From IMG/VR virus record IMGVR_UViG_3300043429_000757, positions 1,022-65,021 of that record: a stretch of DNA of 64,000 bases; one strand, 5' to 3'. The stretch comes from a virus (taxonomy: Duplodnaviria; Caudoviricetes). Under the pieces are notes generated by a model. That model was not told the DNA's origin. It saw only the letters and a list, made by a program, of their open reading frames with translations, and ran no database searches. Numbering within the stretch: position 1 is the stretch's first letter; each line of letters begins with the position of its first letter. Position numbers and translations under genes: made by a program. Of this stretch, positions 15,748 to 26,000 are shown in pieces.

Positions 15748-17243
15748 AGTCGAAATCCTTTTTGCTCGTTCTTGGGTAGGACAACATGCAGTGTCTGCTT
15801 GGCGCGGGTGATGCCCACGTACAGCAGCCGGTTGATGTCGTCGGAGTTCTTGTCGTAGTCCTTGGCAAACCTGGTCGACAGGTCCGTGAGCAGCAGGACG
15901 TTGTCCGCCTCCCCGCCTTTGGCGCCGTGGATCGTGGACAGCTTGATTGGCACGTGGCCCGTGAGCCGTGTGTTGCGGCGCAGGAGCGAGATCAGGTAGT
16001 CACGCCGCTCCTCGCTGATCTTGGTCAGCGCCTTGTGCCAGATTTCTGTGGAAAGAAGCCCGTGCTTTTCTTTCAACAGATCGAGCGTGTAGCTGGCGGT
16101 CGTGTCGGCCGTGCGCAGCATCTTGTGGCCGTGCTTGATGTAGCTGCTGTCGAGGTACTTGTAGACGTGCTTGACGACAGGGTAGGGCACCTCGCCGCCC
16201 TTGCGCAGCTTCTCCCAGCCCAGCACCGCGGTGAGCACTGCTTCGCTGACGCTGCGTTGGCCGTGGCGCTCGAACAGCAGCCCCTGGCTTTTAATCCAGT
16301 CGTGCATGTCGGTGAGCATGTAGTTGGTGCTGGCCAGGATGAGCCAGTTACCGGTGCTGATGTCGACCTGCTGGAAGTCGTTGTAGTAGTGGACGCTGCC
16401 CACCTCCTCGCGGGCCTTCCAGACCTTGGGCTGGCGTTTGCGGATGCGGTGCACCACGCGGTCGGCCAGGGCATGCACCTTGGCCGGTACGCGGTAGGAC
16501 TGGTCGAGGACCTTGATCTGGCCCTCGAAGTTCAGGAAGCTGTCGACGTCTGCCCCGGCCCAGGTATAAACGGCCTGGTCGTCGTCGCCTGCCAGAAAGC
16601 AACGCTGGGCGCGCAGTGCCAACTGCTCGACCAGCCTCCATTGCAAACGCGAGAGGTCCTGCGCCTCGTCAATGATCAGGGACTCCAGGTGCGGCAGGCG
16701 CTCGGGGAACTGGCAGGCCTGCTCCAGCAGGTCGGTGAAGTCCAGCAGGTTGCGGCTGGTCTTGTAGTGGCGGTAGGCGCGCTCGACGTACTCGAAGTGG
16801 AACCACTCGATCTCCATCTGCGACTGGTTGTAGTGGGTGCGCAGGTCCAGGCCCTTGATCCGTGCAATGTTGATCTCGTTGAGGATGGGGTTGTCCGCCT
16901 TTACGGCGAACTCTTCCTCGCCGCTCTCAATGGCAAGCTCGATGCCGGCTTCCTGGGCAAACTCCTTGTAGTGCTCAGGCGCCATCATGTCCTTGGTGCT
17001 GATGGCCAGGCACCGGTACGCCAGGCTATGCAGCGTGCGAAACCACGGGAAGTCCGTGTCGGGGTTCAGGTGCGGGAACTTCTGGATGGCCCTGTCGCGC
17101 GCTTCTGTGGCCGCCTTCTTGGTGAAGGCGAAGTAGCCGATCTGGCTCGGGTGCACTGAGCGGCCCAGCTCTGTCTCTACGATGCCCAGCAAGAACGTCG
17201 TCTTGCCGCTGCCGGGTGGGCCGAACACTTTGGTGATGTTCAT
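15744..17243 (-). CDS. Superfamily 1 (UvrD/Rep-like) helicase
   Basis: GPPGSGKT, DEAQD, GDDDQAVY, QSYR, TIHGAKGGE, YVGITRA; start moved to MNITKVF. Confidence 0.93.
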   Translation of the reverse strand: MNITKVFGPPGSGKTTFLLGIVETELGRSVHPSQIGYFAFTKKAATEARDRAIQKFPHLNPDTDFPWFRTLHSLAYRCLAISTKDMMAPEHYKEFAQEAGIELAIESGEEEFAVKADNPILNEINIARIKGLDLRTHYNQSQMEIEWFHFEYVERAYRHYKTSRNLLDFTDLLEQACQFPERLPHLESLIIDEAQDLSRLQWRLVEQLALRAQRCFLAGDDDQAVYTWAGADVDSFLNFEGQIKVLDQSYRVPAKVHALADRVVHRIRKRQPKVWKAREEVGSVHYYNDFQQVDISTGNWLILASTNYMLTDMHDWIKSQGLLFERHGQRSVSEAVLTAVLGWEKLRKGGEVPYPVVKHVYKYLDSSYIKHGHKMLRTADTTASYTLDLLKEKHGLLSTEIWHKALTKISEERRDYLISLLRRNTRLTGHVPIKLSTIHGAKGGEADNVLLLTDLSTRFAKDYDKNSDDINRLLYVGITRAKQTLHVVLPKNEQKGFRL

Positions 17244-17476
17244 TCTTCCTCCCACTCGTCCGCTGGCCACACCAGCACCGGCGTGTGCTCGCCCACGTAG
17301 GCGCCTTCGATGTTGAACTCGATGAACTCGCGCGCCTCTTCGTGCGTCATGCCCTGCTTGATCAGGTTCTCCCTGATCTGCTCGGCGTCGTACACCAGCG
17401 CGCTGCACAGTCCTTTGTCCCGCCAGACCATTGCAGGCCCGATGATGGCGTTGTCGTGTCCGTCAATCTTGAGCAT
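17240..17476 (-). CDS. Conserved small phage protein (DG.D.AIIG...EEAREFIEFNIEGAYVGE.TP)
   Basis: Recognisable motif. Confidence 0.8.
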   Translation of the reverse strand: MLKIDGHDNAIIGPAMVWRDKGLCSALVYDAEQIRENLIKQGMTHEEAREFIEFNIEGAYVGEHTPVLVWPADEWEEE

Positions 17477-19008
17477 CAGAATGGGCTCCTCTGGGTGCGT
17501 TGCTCGGGCGTTGCGAACGGGGCGTCTTGCCGGTCAAAGCGCGGGATGCGCCAGCAGCGCGCCGCTCTGTTCTTCAAGAAGAGGCTTATGGGTTCGCCCC
17601 CGAGGTCGCGGATGCGCTGGGCCATCTTGGGCGCTGTCATGCCCTTGAAGTTGTTGCGCACCAGGTGCGCTTCGAGGTCCTTCATGCGGAAGTAGGTCTT
17701 GGCCTCTTCCTCATCTGTCCACGGCCGGCCCATGAGAATCTCATCGCGGTCCATGGCCTGTTGAAGGTGGGTGCAGAACTCTTCAAGCAAATCGTTGAAG
17801 CGGCCGGTGATGCTGGTGTCTTCGCTGGCCTCGGTGATCTGCTCAGTCTCAACCATCTCCTTGAGCAGCGCGTTAAGGAGCTGCTCCCAGTCTTGCTTGC
17901 GCAGTGTGGGCGGCAGCAGGTTGATCTTTTCAACGCAGGCCTTCTGGAAGGCTGCCTGGGCGAACAGGCTCTCAGTGTCGAGCTCGATGCGTTTGCCGTT
18001 GATGTCGAGGAACCACAGGGGCGGGTCGCTGTTGTACTTGGACAGGGAAGACATCTGCGGGGCGTCTGGCCCGTGGGCCCCGATCCCATGCTTGCGTGTC
18101 CTGCACAGGCCGCTGTTGCAAAAGCTGTTGAGCGGGGCGTCCTTGCACTTGTACTTGTAGTCCTTCTTGTGGAGCTGCTTGATGATGATCTGCAGCTCGT
18201 TGTTGGGCAGCGGAGGCGCCACGTACTTGAAGTTGTGCTCGGACAGGGCGTTGTCCCAGTTCACTGGGTGCACCTTCTTGAGGTAGATGCCGATGTTGAA
18301 GAGCGCGTTGTTGCGTGTGCCCTCTGGCACGCCCTGCGCGCACAATGCTTGCAGGCATGGAGGGCCATCTTTGATTGGGTGGTCAGCCTGCTTGGGCTGC
18401 TCGGGGAACTGAAGGTCTGTGGGCTGGACCCACTGGTCGTAGAGGCCGTAGAACTCTTCAAGGGTTGCTGCTGTGCCATCGTCCTTGATGGCGTAGCGCA
18501 TGGTCTGGTCACTGCCGAAGTAGGGCAGGTTCAGGAAGTTGCCGGTGTCGCCGCGGTCGACCAGAATCTCTGACTGCTTGGGGAATATCTCTCGCCCTGC
18601 TTCACCCAGCAGCGCCGCTGCAGCCTTGAGGAACCGCTGCATCTCCGAGGCGGGGATGGGGTCCTTGACGAAGAGGAAGACGTGAGCGCCACCAGACTTG
18701 CTGCGACACACCACCATAGGCAGGTCCAGGCTGCGGATTTTCTTTATGAGCCCGGCGTGGTCCAGTGGATACTGGTCAATGTCAATACAGCCCCAGATGC
18801 ACGTGTTATCCGCCCTGATCGGAATAATCCCCAGACTCGGCTCAGCGCCTTCGAGGTGTTTGGACCAGAGGTCGTCAGTCGGTGGCTTGCGCACCACGAC
18901 GGCCTTGCCTGCCTGCTTTCCGTCCCCTCGTGAGGACTCGATTTTGTATGTTCCATAGGCGATGTCCAGGCCGGAGAAGATCGCCTTGAACCTGGTGATG
19001 TCAGTCAT
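17476..19008 (-). CDS. Archaeo-eukaryotic-type primase with PriCT domain
   Basis: CIDID, SKSGGAHVF, EIFPKQ, GNFLNLPY, PPCL...EGTRNNALF. Confidence 0.88.
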   Translation of the reverse strand: MTDITRFKAIFSGLDIAYGTYKIESSRGDGKQAGKAVVVRKPPTDDLWSKHLEGAEPSLGIIPIRADNTCIWGCIDIDQYPLDHAGLIKKIRSLDLPMVVCRSKSGGAHVFLFVKDPIPASEMQRFLKAAAALLGEAGREIFPKQSEILVDRGDTGNFLNLPYFGSDQTMRYAIKDDGTAATLEEFYGLYDQWVQPTDLQFPEQPKQADHPIKDGPPCLQALCAQGVPEGTRNNALFNIGIYLKKVHPVNWDNALSEHNFKYVAPPLPNNELQIIIKQLHKKDYKYKCKDAPLNSFCNSGLCRTRKHGIGAHGPDAPQMSSLSKYNSDPPLWFLDINGKRIELDTESLFAQAAFQKACVEKINLLPPTLRKQDWEQLLNALLKEMVETEQITEASEDTSITGRFNDLLEEFCTHLQQAMDRDEILMGRPWTDEEEAKTYFRMKDLEAHLVRNNFKGMTAPKMAQRIRDLGGEPISLFLKNRAARCWRIPRFDRQDAPFATPEQRTQRSPF

Positions 19009-19027
19009 TTCTTCTTTCTTGTGAGGA

Positions 19028-19122
19028 GGGGCCTACTCATGGCCAGGCGGGTACCCGTATGTTGCCTCCTGGAAGCTACCCAGGATGACTCAACTATCAG
19101 TGACCCAGCCACTTTCGGCCCC
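19028..19122 (-). ncRNA. Structured intergenic RNA candidate with GAAA/GAGUA internal loop
   Basis: GGGGCC-GAAA-GUGGCUGGGU ... GCCUGGCCAU-GAGUA-GGCCCC; inner GUUG/CAAC and UCCUGG/CCAGGA stems. Confidence 0.55.
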
Positions 19123-19126
19123 AAAA

Positions 19127-19900
19127 TCAGAATGGTGCTGGCCCGTTGCCCGTGGCGCCCGACTCGCTCTCGTGCTTGACCTTGACATCACCCGCGCCGA
19201 CTGACTGCGCGAACGACTTGGCCGCGTTGTAGATGTCCGCGCTGGCCACGTCGCCAATGCGCTGAATCTCCCAGCCGAACCACTTGCCCTTATCGTTGGA
19301 CTCGGCCACGGTGGTCAGCAGGTACGTCTGGCTGTACATCGGCGGCGTGAAGAGACCGTTCTTGCCCGACATCTTCACCGACTGCATCATGGAATTCCAC
19401 TTGCGGCTCTTCTTGAGCTGCGTGGACTTCATGGTGATGAGCGCCGGCTCCGGTACGCCAGCGGCGTTGACCAGCATGACGTAGTAGTTGGCCGTGTTCT
19501 CGATGTAGTTCCCGTTGTCCAGGTAGTCCTTGTTGTCGCCAGGCTCCTTGTGAGTCTGCGCGAGGATGTCGCTGGTTGCGGGGTAGATGTGCACGGGTGC
19601 ACCGCTGCCCTGGCCGCGAGGCGCCCACTCAATGTACTGGCGCACGTAAGCGCACGGCACAACGGTGATGCCCTTCTTGCCGTCGTAGAGCTCGCCGGTC
19701 ACAGAGTTGAGGATCATGCCCGGCAGTGCGCCGTCCACTTCGCCCACCTCAGGGCTGGTGCTGGTCAGCAGCCGCAGGAACGGCAGTGCATAGTCGTCCT
19801 GCGTCATGCCGTCAAAGCCGGCGCCAGCGTCCTGCTCCAGGTCGCTCATGATCGCCAGTGCGGTGCTGGCCTTTTGTTCCGCGATCTCGTTCTTTGCCAT
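19127..19900 (-). CDS. Putative single-stranded DNA-binding protein
   Basis: Position in replication module; LPFLRLL..SPEV, YIEW.PR, MKSTQLKKSRKWN, C-terminal APF; start MAKNEI. Confidence 0.7.
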   Translation of the reverse strand: MAKNEIAEQKASTALAIMSDLEQDAGAGFDGMTQDDYALPFLRLLTSTSPEVGEVDGALPGMILNSVTGELYDGKKGITVVPCAYVRQYIEWAPRGQGSGAPVHIYPATSDILAQTHKEPGDNKDYLDNGNYIENTANYYVMLVNAAGVPEPALITMKSTQLKKSRKWNSMMQSVKMSGKNGLFTPPMYSQTYLLTTVAESNDKGKWFGWEIQRIGDVASADIYNAAKSFAQSVGAGDVKVKHESESGATGNGPAPF

Positions 19901-19916
19901 GATAAATTTCCTTGGT

Positions 19917-20471
19917 TCACTTGGTCTTGATGGTTGCTTTTTGGCCGATGTACACGCCAAACAGCTCTGTGTCGACTTGGTCACCCTTCTCGACACGCTC
20001 TTTCACCCAGGCCTTGAGGGTCTGGGGTTCGATCTTCTGTGCCTGCTCAGCAGGGTAGCCTTGCTGGCCCAGGAGACTCAGTAGACGAACGCAAAGCTCG
20101 TCTTCGTTGCGCCCAAAGCGGACGCTCACGGTGTTCTTGATCAGGTCGTCGAAGCCCCGATCGCGCAGCCATTGGAAGGCCTCTTCCTGTCGGGCCTTGG
20201 GGATGCTCGCGCTGTAGAAGGGCTTGATGTCAACGGTCGAGCCGTCGCCCATCACGAACTTCTTCATGCCTGCCTCGGCCATGGCCTCGGGGATCGTTTG
20301 CTCAGTGAGCTTGCGGTACTGCTCAGACTTTTCTGAGACGGTCTTCTCAAGGTCCGCAAGCTCTTTCTCAAGAAGCTTGGCTCGCTTTGCAAGGCCCGCG
20401 ATGCCTGTTACCTGCTCGTCAGAAACTTGCAGGGCACCGGCATCTTCCTCAAATAAATTCGTAAGACTCAT
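19917..20471 (-). CDS. Conserved replication-module protein
   Basis: IPEAM...AFQWLRD.G..DLIKN...I.PQTLKAWVKE; start MSLTNL. Confidence 0.75.
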   Translation of the reverse strand: MSLTNLFEEDAGALQVSDEQVTGIAGLAKRAKLLEKELADLEKTVSEKSEQYRKLTEQTIPEAMAEAGMKKFVMGDGSTVDIKPFYSASIPKARQEEAFQWLRDRGFDDLIKNTVSVRFGRNEDELCVRLLSLLGQQGYPAEQAQKIEPQTLKAWVKERVEKGDQVDTELFGVYIGQKATIKTK

Positions 20472-20793
20472 CAGATTCTCCTTTCTTGAAAAGATCAACC
20501 TCCAACGGGATGTAGCGTCTCTCACGCTTGTCCCACTTGAGGCACTTAAAGCGGCCGTTGTTCTTCGCGGCTGCTACTGCGCAGGTGATACCTATCGCAG
20601 ACGGATCACCAATGAGAAGCAAGAAGTCCTCGTCGGTGAAGCGTTCGAGTTTGCGCTGAATGCGCCGCACTGTCGGGACGACAGAAAAGGCGATCTGCGC
20701 ATTGAAGGGCAGGATGGTTTCGATCTGGCCGTAATCCAAGGCGCTCGCAATGTTGTGCTGCGAAGTCTCAGAGACGACATATACCTTTGGCAC
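20449..20793 (-). CDS. Conserved Rossmann-like hypothetical protein
   Basis: VYVV...A..YG...DFLLLIGDP...LKWDK....Y. Confidence 0.75.
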   Translation of the reverse strand: MPKVYVVSETSQHNIASALDYGQIETILPFNAQIAFSVVPTVRRIQRKLERFTDEDFLLLIGDPSAIGITCAVAAAKNNGRFKCLKWDKRERRYIPLEVDLFKKGESDESYEFI

Positions 20794-20878
20794 TTTTATT
20801 TCTCCTTTCTGAAAGCGGACATGCAGTGTACACTAGCTTTTCAGGGACTTGCAACCCCCTGCCAGAAAGTGAGACATC
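20794..20878. promoter_or_regulatory. Divergent promoter region; minus-strand TTGCAA-N18-TACACT with AGTGTACACT palindrome
   Basis: Only divergent junction in the window; AGAAAG RBS on both strands. Confidence 0.6.
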
Positions 20879-22330
20879 ATGAACCAATTTCTTTCGACGT
20901 ACCCGTTCAAGAACAAGCCGTTTTTGCATCAGCAGGCTTACCTTCAACGCTTCTGGGATTGCCCAGTTGCGGCCCTGTTCGCCGACATGGGAACAGGCAA
21001 AAGCTTCATGCTGATCAACAACGCGGCCATGCTCTACGACACGGGCAAGATCAACGGGGTGCTGATCGTAGCCCCCAAGGGCGTCTACCGCAACTGGTAC
21101 GACACCGAAATCCCTAAGCACTTACCCGAGCATGTGGTCTACCGCATGGCCATCTGGGCAGCAAGCCCACGCAAGGCCGAGCAGCAGGCGCTCGATGATC
21201 TGTTCACCGTCACAGAGGACCTCAAGATTCTCGTGATGAACGTCGAGGCCTTCAGCACGGCCAAGGGCACAGCCTTTGCCAAGCGGTTCCTGCTGGTGCA
21301 CAACGCGCTCATGGCGGTCGACGAGAGCACGACCATCAAGACGCCCACATCGACGCGCAGCAAGAACACCGAGAAGGTGGGCCGTGGCGCGCGGTTCAGA
21401 CGCATCATGACGGGCTCCCCGGTCACGAAGAGCCCGATGGACCTGTACCAACAATGTGCTTTCCTGTCCGACGGCTGCTTGAACACGGGCAGCTACTACG
21501 TCTTCCAGGCTCGCTACGCTGTGACCGTGGAGCGCCAGCTCAACACGCACAGCTTCAAGCAGATCGTCGGCTATCGCAGGCTCGATGAGCTCAAGGAGAA
21601 GCTCGATCGCTTCGCGTTTCGCGTGAAGAAGGAAGAGTGCCTGGACCTGCCGGACAAGCTCTACGTCAAGCGTGAGGTGGACCTGACCGACGAGCAGGTC
21701 AAGGCCTACAACGAGATGAAGACGATGGCTCTGGCGCAGATCAACGGCGGCCTGGTGAGCACGGTCAATGCGCTCACGCAGATCATGCGGATGCACCAGA
21801 TCGTCTGCGGCCACGTGAAGATGGACGACGGCACGGTGGTGGAGCTACCCAACAACAGGATCAAGGAGTTGCTTGGCCTGGTCGAGGAGACGGACGGCAA
21901 GATCATCATCTGGGCCACGTACCGACACGACATCGAGGCCATCAAGATGGCCCTGGCCAAAGAGTACGGCATGAACACCATCGGTACGTACTACGGCGAC
22001 ACTGATGGGGACGAGCGCAAGCGCGTGCTGGAGGAGTTCCAAAAGCCCGACAGTGACATGCGCTTTTTCATTGGCAACCCGAGCACGGGTGGCTACGGCC
22101 TGACCCTGACCGCGGCCAGCACGATGGTCTACTACAGCAACAGCTTTGACCTGGAAAAGCGCTTGCAGTCCGAGGACCGCGCACACCGGATCGGGCAGAC
22201 CAAGAACGTGACCTACATCGACCTGATTGCGCCAGGCACGGTGGATGAGAAGATCGTGAAGGCCCTGCGTGACAAGATCAACATCGCAACCCAGGTGCTG
22301 GGAGAGGACCTCAAACAATGGCTCATTTGA
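20879..22330 (+). CDS. SNF2-family (SF2) helicase
   Basis: DMGTGKS, DEST, TGSP, GYGLTLT, QSEDRAHRIGQ. Confidence 0.95.
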   Translation: MNQFLSTYPFKNKPFLHQQAYLQRFWDCPVAALFADMGTGKSFMLINNAAMLYDTGKINGVLIVAPKGVYRNWYDTEIPKHLPEHVVYRMAIWAASPRKAEQQALDDLFTVTEDLKILVMNVEAFSTAKGTAFAKRFLLVHNALMAVDESTTIKTPTSTRSKNTEKVGRGARFRRIMTGSPVTKSPMDLYQQCAFLSDGCLNTGSYYVFQARYAVTVERQLNTHSFKQIVGYRRLDELKEKLDRFAFRVKKEECLDLPDKLYVKREVDLTDEQVKAYNEMKTMALAQINGGLVSTVNALTQIMRMHQIVCGHVKMDDGTVVELPNNRIKELLGLVEETDGKIIIWATYRHDIEAIKMALAKEYGMNTIGTYYGDTDGDERKRVLEEFQKPDSDMRFFIGNPSTGGYGLTLTAASTMVYYSNSFDLEKRLQSEDRAHRIGQTKNVTYIDLIAPGTVDEKIVKALRDKINIATQVLGEDLKQWLI

Positions 22331-23022
22331 TCCCCTGGTCGCACCAGTTCGGGTACAAGAAACTGGACCGGATGGACACGTCGTCAGGACGTGTTTACAA
22401 AACCGAGGATTCTGTACATGTCCCGTCGGTCACCACGATCCTGGACCGCACGAAGGACAAGGCCAAGCTCAAGGAGTGGGCCGACCGCGTCGGGCAGGCG
22501 GAGGCTGACAGGATCAAGGGGCAGGCGGCCTACGTCGGCACGCACATGCACGCGACGCTGGAGAGCGTACTGACGGGCGAGCCAATGACGTTTGGCGCTG
22601 ACTGGTTGGCCATGAAGGGCCACCTGATGGCACTCAAGCTCGTTGATGCATACTTTAGCCAAATTACCACGGTTTATGGCTCGGAGATAAACCTGCATTT
22701 TGGGCACCGGTATGCCGGAACGACCGACCTGGTGGCCACGTACCGGGGCAAGCTGGCCATCGTCGACTTCAAGCAGTCGGTCAAGCCCAAGCGGTACGAG
22801 TACATCACCGACTACTTCCACCAACTTGCGGCGTACGCGATCGCGCACGACTACATGTACGGCACGCAGATTGACTTTGGCGCTGTGCTGATTGCCGTGC
22901 AGGACGGCACGACTCAAGAGTTCACCACCACTGGCCGTGAATGGGCTGCATTCAAGGCTCAGTGGATGGAGAGGCTCACTGCGGCGGAGCGGGCTGCTGC
23001 GCAGCAGCCACCAGCGGGCTGA
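22318..23022 (+). CDS. PD-(D/E)XK exonuclease (Exo5/MGME1-like)
   Basis: PSVTTIL, GTHMH..LE, E...YAGTTDL...IVDFKQS...QLAAYA. Confidence 0.88.
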   Translation: MAHLIPWSHQFGYKKLDRMDTSSGRVYKTEDSVHVPSVTTILDRTKDKAKLKEWADRVGQAEADRIKGQAAYVGTHMHATLESVLTGEPMTFGADWLAMKGHLMALKLVDAYFSQITTVYGSEINLHFGHRYAGTTDLVATYRGKLAIVDFKQSVKPKRYEYITDYFHQLAAYAIAHDYMYGTQIDFGAVLIAVQDGTTQEFTTTGREWAAFKAQWMERLTAAERAAAQQPPAG

Positions 23023-26000
23023 CCGTGTCGAACGGGAAGAGCTGCTGGAACATCGACCGCGAGCTGGGGTTGGGTGCACCACCGCCTCCGCCCCCACCGC
23101 CTTGCGGCGCCTGGCCCTGCGGGCCCTTGGGCGGCAGCACGCCAGGCACCCCACGGGTGTTGGGGGCCACGGGCATCAGGCGCAACTGACGCGCTGCCTG
23201 ACCCTGTGGAGTGAAGATGGGCTGGACGGTGTCTCGCAGTTGCGAGGGCCGCGGTTCTTCAGGCGCGATGTAGTTCAGCGCAGGGGTCACCGCGTTGCGA
23301 CCAACCGACACGCCCATGGCACCCAGCTTGTCGATCAGCCTGTTGGCGATGCTGGTCTGCTGCTTGGCTGTCTTGCCCTTTTCAAGCAGCAACGCCATCA
23401 GCTCTGGGTCCTTGGCAGCGTTCTCCATGACCTGGCGCACAGTCGCGTTGGGCAGCGCGTCGAAGATTTGGCGGACAGCCTTGGAGCCGGCCGCGGCGGC
23501 GATCAGCGAGTTACCTCCAGGGGAGACTCCAGTACCGACCGCAGAACCAACGACGCGAAGCCCGAGTTCAGTGACAGCATCTGCCCCTTCGATCAGGTTG
23601 TCTATTGGGATGCCGTTCTTGACTGCCGTCTCAACCTTCACCATCGGGTTGATGAGCCGCTTGAGATTTTTGATGTCCGTCATGGACATGGCGCCGCTCG
23701 CACGCATGATGTTGACGAGCGACGGCTGTGTGCGCGACAGCGGCTCAAAGAGCGCGTCGTTGTAGGCGGAGATGCTGAACTTCCCCGACAGGCCGCCCGC
23801 CTTCGTGTAGGCGTAATCGAGCACCGTTGAACGCAGGCCATCCAGCGCGTCCGGGCCGCCCGCCTTGGCCAGTTGCGTGATCCGTGTAAAGCCCTTGACG
23901 GGGTTGCGACTGTTGATGATGTCGCCGATGACGCGGGTGGGGTTCTCCGAAGACAGAACCTGCGCAAATGCTGTCTGGCCAAGAAGATTTTTTTCGATGG
24001 AGCTGTTCTGGCTCTTGACTTGCAGCAGCAGGTTTTGTGCATGCGTAGCATCGCGCAGGTCGTCCATGATGCCCAGTTTGTTGAGCATGGTCTCGTTCTG
24101 CTGAGCAAAGCGCGTGAGCTTGGCCGTGTTTAACTGCTGGACGTAGGCGTTCTTGGTCTTGTCGTACACGGTCTCAATCGCGTCAGCGGCAAGAAGGCGC
24201 AGCACGCGGTTCTGTGCATCACGAACTGACACGACGCCTGTATCAGACAGTTCGGCCATGGGCTTGAACATCTGCGCCTGAGGGCTGTTCTTGCCGAACT
24301 TGGTCACCGCTTCGTCGTATTGCGTGCGGAGAAACTTCACGGCGTCTTCCACCTGCTCCATGCGCTGCATGGTGACGTCGGCATTGGAGCCGAATGCCCG
24401 GGAGACCAGAATTTCAGCAGGCAGCTTTTCCGCTCCGCCGCGAACCTTGCCGCCGGTGATGGATGCAGTCTTTGCAAAGGTGCGCGTGAAGGTGTCGTTC
24501 AGTGCGTTGGAGAAGGCGCGAGCCTGGTCAAGAATGGGGTTCTTGACCGTGCTCAAGTCGTCAAGCAGAGAGCTGGCAACCTTGGCGTACATCTCCGCGT
24601 TGGCTGGGTCATTGCGCGCTGCCTCCAACAGGTTGGAACGGTAGTTCACAAGCTCAGACAGCGGAACAGGCTTTGGTGTGGCGATAAAGGAGCCCGGCAC
24701 TTTGCCGGTGTCCAAAAACTCCTGCGTGTTGCGCCCAAGCTTGTACTTCTGCACAGCAGCCTGATCCAGGCCAAAGCTGTCCATAATCCTGCGGACCATG
24801 TCGGGGACCGCCTGGTCGTAGACCGCGTCACCGATCTCTGCTGCGCGGGCCAAGAACATGTCGGCCGTCTGCCTTGGCGCAAGGCTCGGTGCCACCAGCT
24901 TTACATCCTGGAAGGTGACGGTCTTGGGGCGATCCTTGCCGTAGTCCCACCCGCTTTGCACCGTCGTCAGGGTCTTTTTCTGCACCGGCGTCGTCAGCTG
25001 CCTGATGGCTTCAGTCCAAAGCTCGCGCTCCGCCATCCGTGCCTGGCTGAGTGCGAGTTCTGTTTCGGTCTTGATGATGTCGCCAATCTGGGCGCGGGCA
25101 CCGGGCGTATCCTTGGTGATCTGCGCAATCTTCATTGCAGAGTTGGCATCGGCCTGTGCCAGGCGCGCGTCCAACACAGTGCGAAACCTGGTGTCACGAA
25201 GCTGGGCCGCCGCCCGCAGTGCGGCGGGGTTGCCCGTCATGGTTTGCAGGTTCTTGACGAGAAGCTCGTACGCATCCATCGCGTCCTTGCCCTGCTTTGC
25301 CGTCTGCGCGCCAAACTGCTTGTGGAAGTCCCCCAGCGACTTCTCCAAGTCCATCAGAGTAGGACTGGCCGTCTTTTGCGCAGCGGTTGGAGCAACGCCC
25401 CGAGGCAATTGCTGCCGCAGTGCCGCGATCAGCGCCGCCGGGTCCTCCTTGTTTTTCTCCAAGGCATCAAGCAGGATGTTCACTGCCTTGTCTTCCATCC
25501 TGGCGGACTGCGCGGCTTTCGCCCCGCGAGCGTACTGAAGGCCTTGCTTGGTAAGGTTCACGCCCTCCACCAGTAACCTGCCCGGAGAAAGAACCCCGGC
25601 CGTGACTTCTGCTCCTAGCCGTGGCACCGTTTGACCGGGGAAAAACGCTTCAGCAGTGCCGCCCGCTACCCCCATAGCAGCGGCAGTGCCGGCCTCTGTT
25701 GCCATGAAAACACCTGGGCTTCGGCGGGCCGACTCTCCAACCGCGGACAAGAACCGAGAAACGCGGTTGCCCGTCATGTAAGGAATGCCGAATGCCGCTG
25801 GCGCAGTCGAAAGAGCCGAGCCAAAGGTCTTGCCGCCTTCGCGGTAGGGCACCAAGTCGTCCCGCGGCACAGCAGGAAACCAGCGGTCAAGCTCTTGGCC
25901 AAACAAGTACCCAGCACCGATGCCGAAGAGAGTCGTGGCGACCGGATAGGCAGGTGTGAGCGGGCCCAAAACAGGCAACACGGCAGGTGCCGTTTTTATG

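Noticed and set aside
10290-17408. Long N-terminal extensions in the ORF track (10290-11393, 15744-17408, also 36511-37164 and 19917-20525)
   Set aside because: They overlap better-supported upstream genes; internal starts with RBS or stop-start coupling were chosen
14257-18573. Long plus-strand ORFs (14257-15858, 15786-17159, 17500-18573) and similar ones at 24320, 28583, 50415, 55192, 58390
   Set aside because: Antisense shadows of well-supported minus-strand genes caused by GC-rich codon bias
19028-19122. Hammerhead ribozyme or tRNA
   Set aside because: GAAA is present but there is no CUGANGA core in the required position; no cloverleaf or T-loop
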